In this document: in pieces, positions 36,912 to 47,170 of the stretch
Position numbering within the stretch: position 1 is the stretch's first letter
How the letters are laid out: each line of letters starts with the position of its first letter
Origin: an uncultured Candidatus Saccharibacteria bacterium
Lineage (GTDB): Bacteria > Patescibacteriota > WWE3 > UBA101185 > UBA10185
DNA: 55,347 nt
Direction of reading: 5' to 3'
Assembly: GCA_964643995.1 (NCBI GenBank)
Contig: CAZXUJ010000005.1
Span: forward strand, 1-55,347
The notes under the pieces: generated by a model
Told to the model about the DNA's origin: nothing
Seen by the model: only the letters and a program-made list of their open reading frames with translations
The model's database searches: none
Position numbers and translations under genes: made by a program

Positions 36912-37787
36912 ATGAAAAGAATATTGCTAGTGTTTGTGCTTGTCACTACTGGTGCGTTGCTCGCGGCACAAGACTACAAAAGCATTCTGTACTACTCATA
37001 TTGCGATGAACCTATCAGATATCGCATAGATAGTATTGATTCAAAGTTTAGCGTCACAAAAGAAGATTTTATGGCAACAGCCGAAAAAGCCGCGAAAATA
37101 TGGAACGATGCATGGAACACAGAATTGCTAATATATGACCCCACTGCAGAACTTTCGCTAAATTTAGTCTACGACGAAAGACAAGAGCTAACTTCTAAAA
37201 TTAATTCCACAAAAAGTAACCTAGAACAAAATAATAAAAATATCGAGGCGCAAATAGATGAATATGAGATGGAACTGATAAAACTTGAAGAAAGGATAGA
37301 GGAACTAAACAAAGAGGTTGAGTATTGGAATAATAACGGAGGTGCTCCAGAAGATGTTTATAAAAAACTTGTTAACGAACAGGATAAGCTTTGGGAGCAA
37401 ACAAGAGTCACAAACATAAAGGCGCAGGAACTGAATCATAAAACAACAGAATATAATTCCGAAGTGGAAAATTTAAATAACAAGGTATCTGATTTCAACA
37501 ACCTACTTGATGCAAAGCCAGAAGAAGGTCTGTACATACCAACCGAAAACAAGATAGAGATTTACATCGTAAACGACGCGGAAACACTCAAGCATACTGT
37601 AGCGCACGAATTTGGACACGCCATAGGGATTGAGCATGTAGAAGATCCAGAATCATTAATGTTTGCGACAGTATCTAATGCAGTTAAACTCAGTGATAAA
37701 GATATGGAGGGACTAAATGAGGTATGTAGAGAAAGAAATAGAGTTGAAGAGATTTTCACAAAACTTAGTACACTTTATAGTCGCTAA
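36912..37787 (+). CDS. secreted metzincin (matrixin-like) zinc metalloprotease with a coiled-coil insert
   Basis: Signal peptide. HEFGHAIGIEH is an extended HExxHxxGxxH motif, followed by SLMF (Met-turn). Confidence 0.75.
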   Translation: MKRILLVFVLVTTGALLAAQDYKSILYYSYCDEPIRYRIDSIDSKFSVTKEDFMATAEKAAKIWNDAWNTELLIYDPTAELSLNLVYDERQELTSKINSTKSNLEQNNKNIEAQIDEYEMELIKLEERIEELNKEVEYWNNNGGAPEDVYKKLVNEQDKLWEQTRVTNIKAQELNHKTTEYNSEVENLNNKVSDFNNLLDAKPEEGLYIPTENKIEIYIVNDAETLKHTVAHEFGHAIGIEHVEDPESLMFATVSNAVKLSDKDMEGLNEVCRERNRVEEIFTKLSTLYSR

Positions 37788-38583
37788 AGGTAACATCCAT
37801 AAAATCTGTGCGAATACCATTAAACCCAGAAGTTTTTATAGCCGTATCTGAGGTATCCTCATACTCCAACATCAAATGCCATGCATCTGTTGGAAATTGT
37901 TTACTAAACAGCTTTATATGAGGAGTACCCTCGGATAAAGTTTTTATTTCCACCTTTATAAATAAGTCTTCATTTGTTGGCAGTAAGTTCGGATTTAGGT
38001 CTCTGTTGTATTCTCCAGAAAAGTACTGCTTGTAAGCCAGTGTGGTATACTCGCCCTCAATCTTTTTCTTTATTACGTAAGCACCATCTACACGTAAACC
38101 AGCATAATATAGATTATCCTGATCCAAATACCTCATAAAAAGCAAAACACCATTGGACTCATTGCGATGCTCGCCCAAAGATAAGTTAATTTTGTCTATG
38201 TTAAAGGTAAGTTCCTGACTTGAATCTAAATAAGCCTGCCTAGTTAACAACCTGAAAATATTTTGAGGGTAATAACCACCATCCGTACTGGCTGGGTTAT
38301 ACCCTTCGTACGCTAGTCGCCACTTTGAATTTTTATCTAGAGCGCCAAAGCTTGTTCTAGCCGCACCGTCGGCAACATATAGGTAGGCACCAGAGTTTAG
38401 CCACCACTCAGAACTAGAGCTTAATTCTGCAGGGAAGGTCTCTTCCAAAACATAATCACCTGTAAACCTGTTTGACTGATCGGTGCCCTTAGGAATGATT
38501 AGGTTAACCAACAAGTTTGTAGCTAAAAGTATTAGAAAAAGTAATGTATTACTCGACTTTAAGATCACGTGCACTAATTTCAC
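37765..38583 (-). CDS. secreted protein, concanavalin/LamG-like fold suspected
   Basis: 272 aa with a signal-anchor. Beta-rich sequence. Last gene of the GT2-deacetylase cluster. Confidence 0.45.
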   Translation of the reverse strand: MKLVHVILKSSNTLLFLILLATNLLVNLIIPKGTDQSNRFTGDYVLEETFPAELSSSSEWWLNSGAYLYVADGAARTSFGALDKNSKWRLAYEGYNPASTDGGYYPQNIFRLLTRQAYLDSSQELTFNIDKINLSLGEHRNESNGVLLFMRYLDQDNLYYAGLRVDGAYVIKKKIEGEYTTLAYKQYFSGEYNRDLNPNLLPTNEDLFIKVEIKTLSEGTPHIKLFSKQFPTDAWHLMLEYEDTSDTAIKTSGFNGIRTDFMDVTFSDYKVY

Positions 38584-40111
38584 TTACTAATAATTCTGTT
38601 TGACCTTCAGAATCCCAAATAATAAAACCCACGCCGCCTTTGTCAGCTGTAACCTGTGGAGCTAAATTAAGTGTAGCAAGCTCACTGCCATCAAAAAAAC
38701 AAGTCACGTTGTCATCTTTGTTTATATATCCAACCTCGAAGGCAGCGCCACCATTTAATGGGATATTAATACGACGCTCATATAAAATACTGTGTTCCGA
38801 ATTTCGAAGCCTTTCAATACGTATTCTAGTTGGGGTAAACTCACAAACATCAAAGTTGTGTTTATCTACAAAATTAAATACCAAACTTAATGAGGTGCCT
38901 TTAAAACCCTCAACATCAGTTACAACCTCATAATCATCCCAAAAACTACTACCATCCAAATATATGCCTGCACTGGCATTCCCACTTGGGCGAAGCGACA
39001 ATAACCCATTTTCAACAGTATAGTCTCCCCATAACAACTCCCAACCATTATCTGACTCTAAAACATCCCTATAGCGTAAATCTTTTTCATAACCATGAGA
39101 AATCACCGCCAATAACTCCTCACCAGACCAATTTGAGTTTACGGATATGCGCTTGTACAAATTATTTTCTGCTTTTGCAACCAAATTATGTGAAGAACCT
39201 TGGGCTGGCCAAGTCTGGAAAAAATTAGCAGTATAAAAATATTGAGACATCTCCTCCAAAATTATGCTTTTCGCCTGTTGGTTGTTTTTTGAAATATGTC
39301 CATAATCGCCGAAAGGAAAGGCAAAAGAAACTGGGTTAGTACCAAAAGCAGCAACAAAATCATCAAATGAAGACTTAAACTCAGTGGCAATACGCATGCG
39401 ATATTCTTCATCAGTTTCATTACGATTTTCAGAGTCCAACCATAATTTATTGCTTAAGTAATGACCGTAACTTTCTGGTGATATTTTGACATCGGCATGT
39501 GAGTCGCTAGCATGTACTTGCAGTTCCCAGACCCCACTAGCGAGCATTTCTTTCGCCTCATTTAACGAAATGTAGTAGGAGGTACCTTCCGCGGTGGAAT
39601 ACTTTGTAATGATAAACATTACGGCGGTGTAGTCTGCAACTTCTAATATTGGGGTGGCATTTTCATAGCTAGACTTTAGACCATCGTCGAATGTAATCAT
39701 TATAGATTTTTGTGGCAATGTGGTCTTACCTCCAACAAAATCTATAAACTCTTGAAGAGTTATTGTTTCGTACCCCGCGGCCTTTAAAGCAAAAATATGG
39801 TTTTTAAAGTTTTCGGTTAGGATATCTTCTTTATATTCAGTGTCAGATACACCGTGATAGTTGATTATAGGTAAAGAGTTCGCATAACCTATGTCAGCCT
39901 CTAGTGGTGTACTATCAAGTAATTCGGCCAGTTCAACCTGATACCTCAAGTACTCTTCCTCACGTTGTCTGTTATACTTATACGCAGCAACGTAATCCTT
40001 GATCTCTCGGACAGTTATAACGTCAAAGTATTTATTTAACACAATCGCAAATATAACGACCATCCCTATAAACACCATTATTACGATGAATGATTTTATT
40101 ACTCTCGCCAT
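38549..40111 (-). CDS. polysaccharide deacetylase (NodB homology domain) with a C-terminal lectin-like domain
   Basis: TM anchor, then the NodB motif SIMITFDDGLKSSY, later a His-containing motif, and a C-terminal beta-rich domain of about 170 aa. The start is taken as the MARVIKSF ATG at 40111. The maximal ORF reaches 40153. Confidence 0.8.
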   Translation of the reverse strand: MARVIKSFIVIMVFIGMVVIFAIVLNKYFDVITVREIKDYVAAYKYNRQREEEYLRYQVELAELLDSTPLEADIGYANSLPIINYHGVSDTEYKEDILTENFKNHIFALKAAGYETITLQEFIDFVGGKTTLPQKSIMITFDDGLKSSYENATPILEVADYTAVMFIITKYSTAEGTSYYISLNEAKEMLASGVWELQVHASDSHADVKISPESYGHYLSNKLWLDSENRNETDEEYRMRIATEFKSSFDDFVAAFGTNPVSFAFPFGDYGHISKNNQQAKSIILEEMSQYFYTANFFQTWPAQGSSHNLVAKAENNLYKRISVNSNWSGEELLAVISHGYEKDLRYRDVLESDNGWELLWGDYTVENGLLSLRPSGNASAGIYLDGSSFWDDYEVVTDVEGFKGTSLSLVFNFVDKHNFDVCEFTPTRIRIERLRNSEHSILYERRINIPLNGGAAFEVGYINKDDNVTCFFDGSELATLNLAPQVTADKGGVGFIIWDSEGQTELLVSEISARDLKVE

Positions 40112-41553
40112 CGCATGTTTCTGATTGTTAAGGCAGAATAAAATAACAACCAAGAATAAACTAAAGTAGACAACAAACTCATAATTGGGCGATAAACCCA
40201 GTGGTTGTCCTTCTGATCCTCAATTATGTAAGCCAAGCTAAAAGTGAACCCTATGCACATAATTCCAAATAGATACAAAACAGCTGATAAAGCACCTCCA
40301 TTTAAAGGCATAAATATCAATCTTCTAAATGCGATAAAAGGTCCTAAAACAACAAACAAAATATGCAGATAATAAAACAACGAAGCTAAAACAGGCTTTC
40401 TCCAATAAAACTTGCCTGTGAAAAATATATTTCTGATAAAACTTTTTTTCCAACGAATTTGTTGCTTCACAGCTTTTCTGAAAGTATCAGGCACTTCGGT
40501 GTAAGCACGTGCAGACTTGCAATAAACTATTTTCCAATCGCGTGGTTCATAGTTTTCATTCTTAACAAATGGGGAATCTGCATACTTTTCTTTAAGTTTT
40601 TTGGTTATCCACTTACTTCCCAAAACAAAGCCGGTTAAGGTACGATCTGTTGCAAACTTGAACTCCTGTCCCATAAAGCGATCATTTTCCCAAGCAGGTA
40701 TCAAATTGTATACTGCCTCTCTACGAAACACAGCAAGTGGCCCGGAAACACATGTAACAGCACCAAAAACACTCTCGAAAGCCTTTCTCACCGAAAACTG
40801 CCCCTCATACCATGAATCTTGTACTAGGGTAATCCAAGAGGCATCGGCATTTTTTACCCTACAGTGACCGCTAACGGCGCCAACTTCTGGGTACACTTCA
40901 AATATTCTAACAATTTTTTCCAACGCATCTGGCGCCCAAACAGAGTCATCGTCAGAGTATGCAAAAATTGTTCCTTTAGCCTGTAGCATGCCCTGTCCAA
41001 GAGCCCTTTTCTTTTTTACATTCTTTTTCAAATGAATAGCCTTTATTAACCCCTGCTTGGCATATTTATCAAGAATGTTTTTAGTTTCAGCATCAGTACT
41101 AGCGTCATTTATAAAAATGACCTCCTTGTTTTTATACGTTTGGGCTACAATAGATTTAATGCAGTCTTCCAAAAAGTCACCGCCATTAAAAGTAGCCACT
41201 AAACAGCTAACTAATGGGTCTGATAATTCAGGAAGTTTTTCTTTTTTTAAAGCTAGATAATATGGATCTTTATAAACAAAAAAAGCAAAAAAATAGCTTA
41301 CAACAAGCACCAAGGTAACAGAGATACCATAGAAATATAAAACTACATCACCACTGTAAGAGAAAAGCACCTTACCGCCTAAAAGAATTAGGACAGTCAC
41401 TAGAATTATTAATGCGAAAAACTTTTTGCGTAGTTGTCTCTCTGACGACATAGTAGCGTGTATTGTACAATATGCATTGCTCTGTTGCAACCTATAGTCA
41501 TTGGCGCGGACAAACGACCAGCCTTTGCTATAGAATTTATGTAGACCTTCCAA
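40099..41553 (-). CDS. processive family-2 glycosyltransferase, HasA/NodC/chitin synthase-like
   Basis: Motifs NDASTD, SDDDS, SGPLAVFRR, FATDRTLT and QQIRWKKSFIRN (QxxRW), flanked by N- and C-terminal TM helices. Confidence 0.85.
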   Translation of the reverse strand: MEGLHKFYSKGWSFVRANDYRLQQSNAYCTIHATMSSERQLRKKFFALIILVTVLILLGGKVLFSYSGDVVLYFYGISVTLVLVVSYFFAFFVYKDPYYLALKKEKLPELSDPLVSCLVATFNGGDFLEDCIKSIVAQTYKNKEVIFINDASTDAETKNILDKYAKQGLIKAIHLKKNVKKKRALGQGMLQAKGTIFAYSDDDSVWAPDALEKIVRIFEVYPEVGAVSGHCRVKNADASWITLVQDSWYEGQFSVRKAFESVFGAVTCVSGPLAVFRREAVYNLIPAWENDRFMGQEFKFATDRTLTGFVLGSKWITKKLKEKYADSPFVKNENYEPRDWKIVYCKSARAYTEVPDTFRKAVKQQIRWKKSFIRNIFFTGKFYWRKPVLASLFYYLHILFVVLGPFIAFRRLIFMPLNGGALSAVLYLFGIMCIGFTFSLAYIIEDQKDNHWVYRPIMSLLSTLVYSWLLFYSALTIRNMRWRE

Positions 41554-41555
41554 AA

Positions 41556-41810
41556 ATGAAGGTTTTCAATTATATAAATTATTTTTCGACAATGATGTTA
41601 AACCTAACGGTTACATTGACGAAGATCCTGAAGAATACAACAAAAGACAGGGTTTCCGCAAAAGGTTATGTGGAACTTACATCAGATGAGATTGCTAACT
41701 ATGAAGTAGAAGATTGGGAACTAGATTGGCTGTTGCACAATAAAGCTGTACAACAAGCCAAAGAAAAAGGCGCTGTTGCTGAAATTACTAAAAGTGCACT
41801 TTTTAACTAA
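41556..41810 (+). CDS. hypothetical small protein
   Basis: The in-frame ATG at 41556 avoids overlap with the divergent GT2 start. No motif. Confidence 0.35.
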   Translation: MKVFNYINYFSTMMLNLTVTLTKILKNTTKDRVSAKGYVELTSDEIANYEVEDWELDWLLHNKAVQQAKEKGAVAEITKSALFN

Positions 41811-41955
41811 GTATCAAAAAAGAAAAAACCTTACTAAAAGACCTCATATAAAAATTCAATACACTGGGGAAATGTGCATCAGTAACGAATGTGTTGAAAG
41901 ATGTCTTTCCATACAACAATAGACTTGTGAGAGCTGGTTTCTTATACTTGATAAT

Positions 41956-42417
41956 ATGAACATCCTGATCACTTACGAAAGTAACTCCGGGAGCACCCAT
42001 CACACTGCGAAACTGATAGAAGAAAAGCTTGTAGAAGCAAATAACAAAGTTACTCTTAAAAAGGCTGGAAGTACATCTGTAGATGACATTGAAGAAAACG
42101 ACTTTGTTCTTGTGGGGTCACCAAGTTGGCTTGTAGATAATGTACAAGGACGCCCCCATGAGGAAGTATCCGGACTTTTAAGTAGAATTGAGCAAACTTA
42201 CATAGAAAATAAAAAAGTAGCGGTGTTTGGTTGTGGAGATGATTCTTATATAAATTTCTGTGGAGCTGTCGACGTAATAGAAAAGGATTTGTTGGGAAAA
42301 AATGCAAGACAGGTAGTACCCTCACTAAAGGTTAACAGGTTCTACTTCAACCTTGATAAAAACGTTCAAATGATCCAAGCGTGGACACAGGTATTAGGTG
42401 AACAAATCTCCAAATAA
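41956..42417 (+). CDS. flavodoxin
   Basis: 153 aa. N-terminal ILITYESNSGSTHHTA is an FMN phosphate loop of S/T-x-S/T-G-x-T type, followed by GSPSW and FGCGDDSY. Confidence 0.8.
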   Translation: MNILITYESNSGSTHHTAKLIEEKLVEANNKVTLKKAGSTSVDDIEENDFVLVGSPSWLVDNVQGRPHEEVSGLLSRIEQTYIENKKVAVFGCGDDSYINFCGAVDVIEKDLLGKNARQVVPSLKVNRFYFNLDKNVQMIQAWTQVLGEQISK

Positions 42418-42419
42418 AT

Positions 42420-43292
42420 TCATGTCACAAGATAGTCGTCAAAAAGTGCGGAAATGTCTCTCTTGATAACAGGCTGATGCACTAAAGGTTTATCAGCAAT
42501 TTGAGGTATTTGTTGCTCGTAAGATAACTTTTCCTCTTTATAAAAGATACCGACTGGAATTTTGTTTAAATCCCATTCCATAGATTTGGCAAAGGCTGCC
42601 TGTTTATCAGTAGGATCATAATCTGCGCCTAAATGATAAATATTCTTTTGATAGAAAATGTGTGTATACATACTGTTAAAAGTCACACAAGGTTGTAGGA
42701 CATCAATAAGCGCAAAACCCTTATGATTATTGGCTTGGATCATTAGGTCTGCCAGCATATCAATGTCTCCAGCATACACGCGTGCAATAAAAGTAGCTCC
42801 TGCTGCTAGAGCAAGCCTTACAGGATGCAAAGGCTCCTCGTGATTACCTTGTGGCGTGGATTTTGATTTAAACCCCATAGGGGATCTCGGGGATGTCTGA
42901 CCGGTAGTTAAGCCATAAATTGCATTGTCATGAAGTATAACCGTCAAATCAGTGTTACGACGGCACGAGTGTACAAAATGATTGCCCCCCTCGGCTAGGG
43001 AATCACCATCTCCAGTAAAAACAAAAACGTTAAGTTTATGATTTGCCATTTTTATACCAGATGCAACAGGCAATGCACGCCCGTGTAAACCTTCAAAACC
43101 TGTAATCGAAACAAAATTAATCATATGACCATGACAACCAATACCTGCAACAATTGCACTGTTTGTATCATTCCAATTTTCTTTCTCGGCAGCTTGCTTA
43201 AAGGTAGACCAAATACCAAAATCCCCACACCCGGGGCAAAAACTCAGTTGATTAGGTGATTTTAATGCATCAAGTTTGGATTTTTCACTCAT
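42420..43292 (-). CDS. 2-oxoacid:ferredoxin oxidoreductase, beta (TPP-binding) subunit
   Basis: CPGCGDFGI near the N-terminus and the TPP motif GDGDSLAEGGNH. 8-nt overlap with the alpha gene. Confidence 0.9.
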   Translation of the reverse strand: MSEKSKLDALKSPNQLSFCPGCGDFGIWSTFKQAAEKENWNDTNSAIVAGIGCHGHMINFVSITGFEGLHGRALPVASGIKMANHKLNVFVFTGDGDSLAEGGNHFVHSCRRNTDLTVILHDNAIYGLTTGQTSPRSPMGFKSKSTPQGNHEEPLHPVRLALAAGATFIARVYAGDIDMLADLMIQANNHKGFALIDVLQPCVTFNSMYTHIFYQKNIYHLGADYDPTDKQAAFAKSMEWDLNKIPVGIFYKEEKLSYEQQIPQIADKPLVHQPVIKRDISALFDDYLVT

Positions 43293-45024
43293 TTGCGACC
43301 TCCTTAACTTTGCTGACTATTTCGTGAGGGTACAATGGGCGGCCATCATACTTCAACAATATGTCTTCGATGTTAATACCTGTATTTTGCCTAATAACAT
43401 CACACATTTGCGCCGAATAGTTACACTCAATGTTTATCACCCTCGTAGCCTTAGTCAAAACTTTCGTTACAAAATCGGAAGGAAAGGGATTCATCCAAGT
43501 TAAATGCAAATAGTTGGTGTCTGGCAGTTGCTTAAGAGCTTCAAGAATTGGCATTTTGTTACTTCCCCAAGAAACAATAGTAGTTTTTGCATCATGTGGA
43601 CCATACAAAACAGGCTCAGGCATATCCACAAATTTACATGTTTCCAATTTTTTCATTCTTTTTTCCATTTGAAGAATTCTATTATCGGATTCCTCAGAAG
43701 AGTACCCTACCTGCGTATGTTCATCAGAGTTTGAAACAAAATAATTTCCAGAACCAGGGGTGCTTCTCATAGAAACACCATCATCGGCTAAAGCATAACG
43801 CTTATACCCATCAGTTTTGGACATAGAAAACTTTCCGCGATCAACTTCATAACCGGAATAATCAAATGGTGAAACATTCATGTGACTTTCACAAAGATAC
43901 TTATCAACCAAAACTATAACTGGGGTCTGATATTTTTCAGCTAGATTAAAAGCTAACATGGTTAAGTGGAATGCTTCTTCAATATCACCAGCTGCTAAAA
44001 CAATTCTTGGGAAATCGCCTTGATGGGCGCTAAGTACAAATTTCAAATCACCTTGTTCAGTCCACGTAGGTAACCCTGTTGCAGGAGCACCTCGCATACC
44101 CTCGATAATTACCACTGGAAGCTCAGTAATACCGGCTAGACCAAAACCTTCCGCCATAAGACAAAAGCCGCCACCCGATGTTGCAACCATAGTACGCGCA
44201 CCCGCATGCGCAGCTCCTATTGCCATATTTATTGCAGAAATTTCATCTTCAGGTTGTTTATAGATAAACCCATATTTTTCTTGGACAGGCGCTAGCATAT
44301 GTAAAATATTCGAAGTTGGTGTCATGGGATATATTGCCATAAAATTCATACCGGCAGCCACAGCACCCAACGCAACAGCATCGTTACCCGTAAGCAACAA
44401 ACTCTCTTTTGGAGCTTGGTCAGATTTCAACAAGGAACGTATATCGGAACCAAAATTTTCTAGAGCATAGCTGTATCCAGCATCACAAGCGTCTTCGTTT
44501 AGCTTACGTACTGAATCAGGTTTATTAGCAAATTCCACCGCCAAAATATCTTTGAGAAATTGAAGATTGCCCCCCAAAAGTCCGACAGATGCAGCCAAAG
44601 CTATAGTATTTCGCATAATCATTGAGACCCCGGCTTTTCGAGCAAGATCCGTTAGAGGTACAGGAAACGCAGTTACACCAGCGGGCAACCCGCTTACTTT
44701 GATTTTTTGCAAAGAGGTAGTGCTCGAATCATACAAAAGTCCGCCATTGTCTTTAAGTTCACTTTTATGGAGGTCTACCGTCTCTTGATTAAGTGCTACA
44801 AGAAAGTCCGTTTCTACATATTGTGAATAAACTGGCTTCTCACTAAAGGTAACCTGCATAACGTTATGACCGCCACGTACGAGCGAGGGGTATTCAATAT
44901 AATTGAAAACATTAAAACCTGAACGTAAGGCAATTTTTGAAAATGATTCACCAGCAGATTTGATGCCAAATCCCGCCTCACCGCCAATTTTGAAAGTAAA
45001 AACATTGGGCATAGGTTTATACAT
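43285..45024 (-). CDS. 2-oxoacid:ferredoxin oxidoreductase, fused gamma-alpha subunit
   Basis: N-terminal gamma-like FKIGGEAGFGIKSAG, then alpha-like GNDAVALGAVAAGMNFMAIYPMTPTS. TAATG overlap with the upstream ACD gene. Confidence 0.9.
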   Translation of the reverse strand: MYKPMPNVFTFKIGGEAGFGIKSAGESFSKIALRSGFNVFNYIEYPSLVRGGHNVMQVTFSEKPVYSQYVETDFLVALNQETVDLHKSELKDNGGLLYDSSTTSLQKIKVSGLPAGVTAFPVPLTDLARKAGVSMIMRNTIALAASVGLLGGNLQFLKDILAVEFANKPDSVRKLNEDACDAGYSYALENFGSDIRSLLKSDQAPKESLLLTGNDAVALGAVAAGMNFMAIYPMTPTSNILHMLAPVQEKYGFIYKQPEDEISAINMAIGAAHAGARTMVATSGGGFCLMAEGFGLAGITELPVVIIEGMRGAPATGLPTWTEQGDLKFVLSAHQGDFPRIVLAAGDIEEAFHLTMLAFNLAEKYQTPVIVLVDKYLCESHMNVSPFDYSGYEVDRGKFSMSKTDGYKRYALADDGVSMRSTPGSGNYFVSNSDEHTQVGYSSEESDNRILQMEKRMKKLETCKFVDMPEPVLYGPHDAKTTIVSWGSNKMPILEALKQLPDTNYLHLTWMNPFPSDFVTKVLTKATRVINIECNYSAQMCDVIRQNTGINIEDILLKYDGRPLYPHEIVSKVKEVANE

Positions 45025-47123
45025 TATATAATGACCTTTCCATCAACTGCCCAAACTTCGGATTTAGTCACTATCACGGGATTGATCTCTATAGCCTCTA
45101 CTGACTCTAAAGATTCGGCCAACAACGAGATATTTATAATCAGGCCATAAAGCTTATCCAATGCATATTTATTGTCCCCACGATAACCATGTAACAATTT
45201 GAAGATTTTGGATTTTTCAACTAGCTTCTGAATGTCAGGTAAATCTACTGGTAAAAGATGTAGATTACGATCTTCAATAAGTTCAGCTAGTGTGCCTCCC
45301 GCACCAAACATTAAAACATTTCCAAAGCTTGGGTCTTTTTTAACACCAACGATGACTTCTAGCCCATTATCGATTTGTTTTTGAATGACTATGCTACCAC
45401 CACCAATTTTTGAGATCTGCGCAGAGATAGACCTGTAAGCATCCACAAGAACTTTGTAGGAATTTATTCCCGTGATAACTCCGCCGACATCTTTTTTATG
45501 CAGAACCTCTGAGGACGAGATTTTCAAAACAACCGAGTAACCAACTCGTTGTGCAAAATGCATTGCATCATCGAAATTGTTAACTTGCTGAGATTCGGGA
45601 AGTTTTATGTCAACAAGGTTTAATATTTTGTTGGCTTCAACAATGCCGAGAGCCTTTTTTCCAGAAGCTTTGGTTTCAGTCAGAATCATTTCTGCTTTTG
45701 ACAGAATTGGATTTCCTAAAGGCATTGTTTCTGTTGCATTACGTAAGTTTCTATTTTGAAGTACCCAGTTTTGCCATTTATACATATTGGCTATAACTTT
45801 AATTGCTCTTTCTGGAAAGCGATAAGACGGAATATGGTTAGTATTTAGCACACACTCACCTACTGAAACTTGAGTACCACCTATGAAAGTACACACAATG
45901 GGCTTTTTATACTCTTTTGATAGCTCCGATATAACCTGCGCTGTTTCCTTAATTTGAGTCATCACCTGCGGGGTAAGTATTACAAGCACAGAGTCCACAG
46001 AGTCTTCTGTCAAAACTGCCTTGAGGGCATATCTGTATCTGTCGGCAAGTGCATCACCTAAAACATCAACAGGATTGGCTAAGCTTGCAGAACGAGGTAA
46101 ATGTTCAGAAAGAAGTTGGGTCGTTTCTGGTGATAATTTAGCTAGGTTTAGACCAAACTCACTTATGAGGTCGGCGCTTATAACGGCAGGACCACCGGCA
46201 TTAGATATAACAGCCATGTTAGGTCCTTTTGGAACTTGCAACCAAGAAAACGCCAATGACATATCAAACATATCTTGAATGTCATGACAACGAATGATTC
46301 CAGCTTGTTTAAAGGCTGTTTCTAAAACATAATCTTCACCAGCAATAGCACCAGTATGGGACTGCATTGCTTTTTGGGCGGCGCTAGATTTACCTGGCTT
46401 AAGAATAAAAAGTGGGTGCTTTTGTGAAAGTTTGGTAGCAACTTTTAAAAATTCCTTGCCGTTAGTTATAGATTCAAGATACATACCTATCGGTGCAGAA
46501 TCTGCAAGATCTGACTGTACCCAATATTTAAGAATTTCGGTTTCATCCAACACGGTTTTATTACCCAAGGTAACAAATTCGTTAAAACCCAAACCTGTGT
46601 GCTCTGCCCAATCAAATATTCCAGCAGCTACGGCACCAGACTGTGAGATAAATCTCAAATTTCCTGAGACCTCAGATACTTTTCCAAATGTAGCATTGAT
46701 TGGTGTAGTTGTATTCGCAAAACCTAAACAGTTTGGTCCTAAAATGTTCAGGTCATTCTCAAGTGCAAAGTTCAGCAAGGCTTTTTCTAACTGCACACCT
46801 GATGAATCGGTCTCTTTGAAACCCGCTGAAAAAATCACAACATCTTTTGTACCTCTTTTAACAACTTCAGCCAAAGAATCAAGAACTAATTCTGCGGGTA
46901 AAGAAATTATTACTAAATCGGGTATTTCTGGAAGTAAAGCCAAACTAGAATAACACTTAAGATTAAACACAGTTTCGGCTTTGGGATTGATAGGATAAAC
47001 CGTGCCTCTAAATCCCGACGCCAGGATGTTTTTTACCACGATTGAGCCGAGCTTATTTGGATCACGTGATGCTCCAACAATCGCGACCGAACTAGGATTT
47101 AGCATACGAGAGAGATTAGGCAT
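45024..47123 (-). CDS. acetyl-CoA synthetase (ADP-forming), fused alpha/beta
   Basis: 699 aa. N-terminal CoA-binding SVAIVGASRDPNKLG, a succinyl-CoA-synthetase-like flavodoxin domain, and a C-terminal ATP-grasp. Confidence 0.9.
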   Translation of the reverse strand: MPNLSRMLNPSSVAIVGASRDPNKLGSIVVKNILASGFRGTVYPINPKAETVFNLKCYSSLALLPEIPDLVIISLPAELVLDSLAEVVKRGTKDVVIFSAGFKETDSSGVQLEKALLNFALENDLNILGPNCLGFANTTTPINATFGKVSEVSGNLRFISQSGAVAAGIFDWAEHTGLGFNEFVTLGNKTVLDETEILKYWVQSDLADSAPIGMYLESITNGKEFLKVATKLSQKHPLFILKPGKSSAAQKAMQSHTGAIAGEDYVLETAFKQAGIIRCHDIQDMFDMSLAFSWLQVPKGPNMAVISNAGGPAVISADLISEFGLNLAKLSPETTQLLSEHLPRSASLANPVDVLGDALADRYRYALKAVLTEDSVDSVLVILTPQVMTQIKETAQVISELSKEYKKPIVCTFIGGTQVSVGECVLNTNHIPSYRFPERAIKVIANMYKWQNWVLQNRNLRNATETMPLGNPILSKAEMILTETKASGKKALGIVEANKILNLVDIKLPESQQVNNFDDAMHFAQRVGYSVVLKISSSEVLHKKDVGGVITGINSYKVLVDAYRSISAQISKIGGGSIVIQKQIDNGLEVIVGVKKDPSFGNVLMFGAGGTLAELIEDRNLHLLPVDLPDIQKLVEKSKIFKLLHGYRGDNKYALDKLYGLIINISLLAESLESVEAIEINPVIVTKSEVWAVDGKVII

Positions 47124-47170
47124 TAGTGTAAGTTTATTTGTATTTTACCAAAGTAGCAACAGCAGTTATA

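Noticed and set aside
41956-47123. The flavodoxin, OFOR and ADP-forming acetyl-CoA synthetase cluster as something novel
   Set aside because: This is the standard fermentative ATP-yielding module of many anaerobes and CPR genomes. The gene order and overlaps look ordinary.
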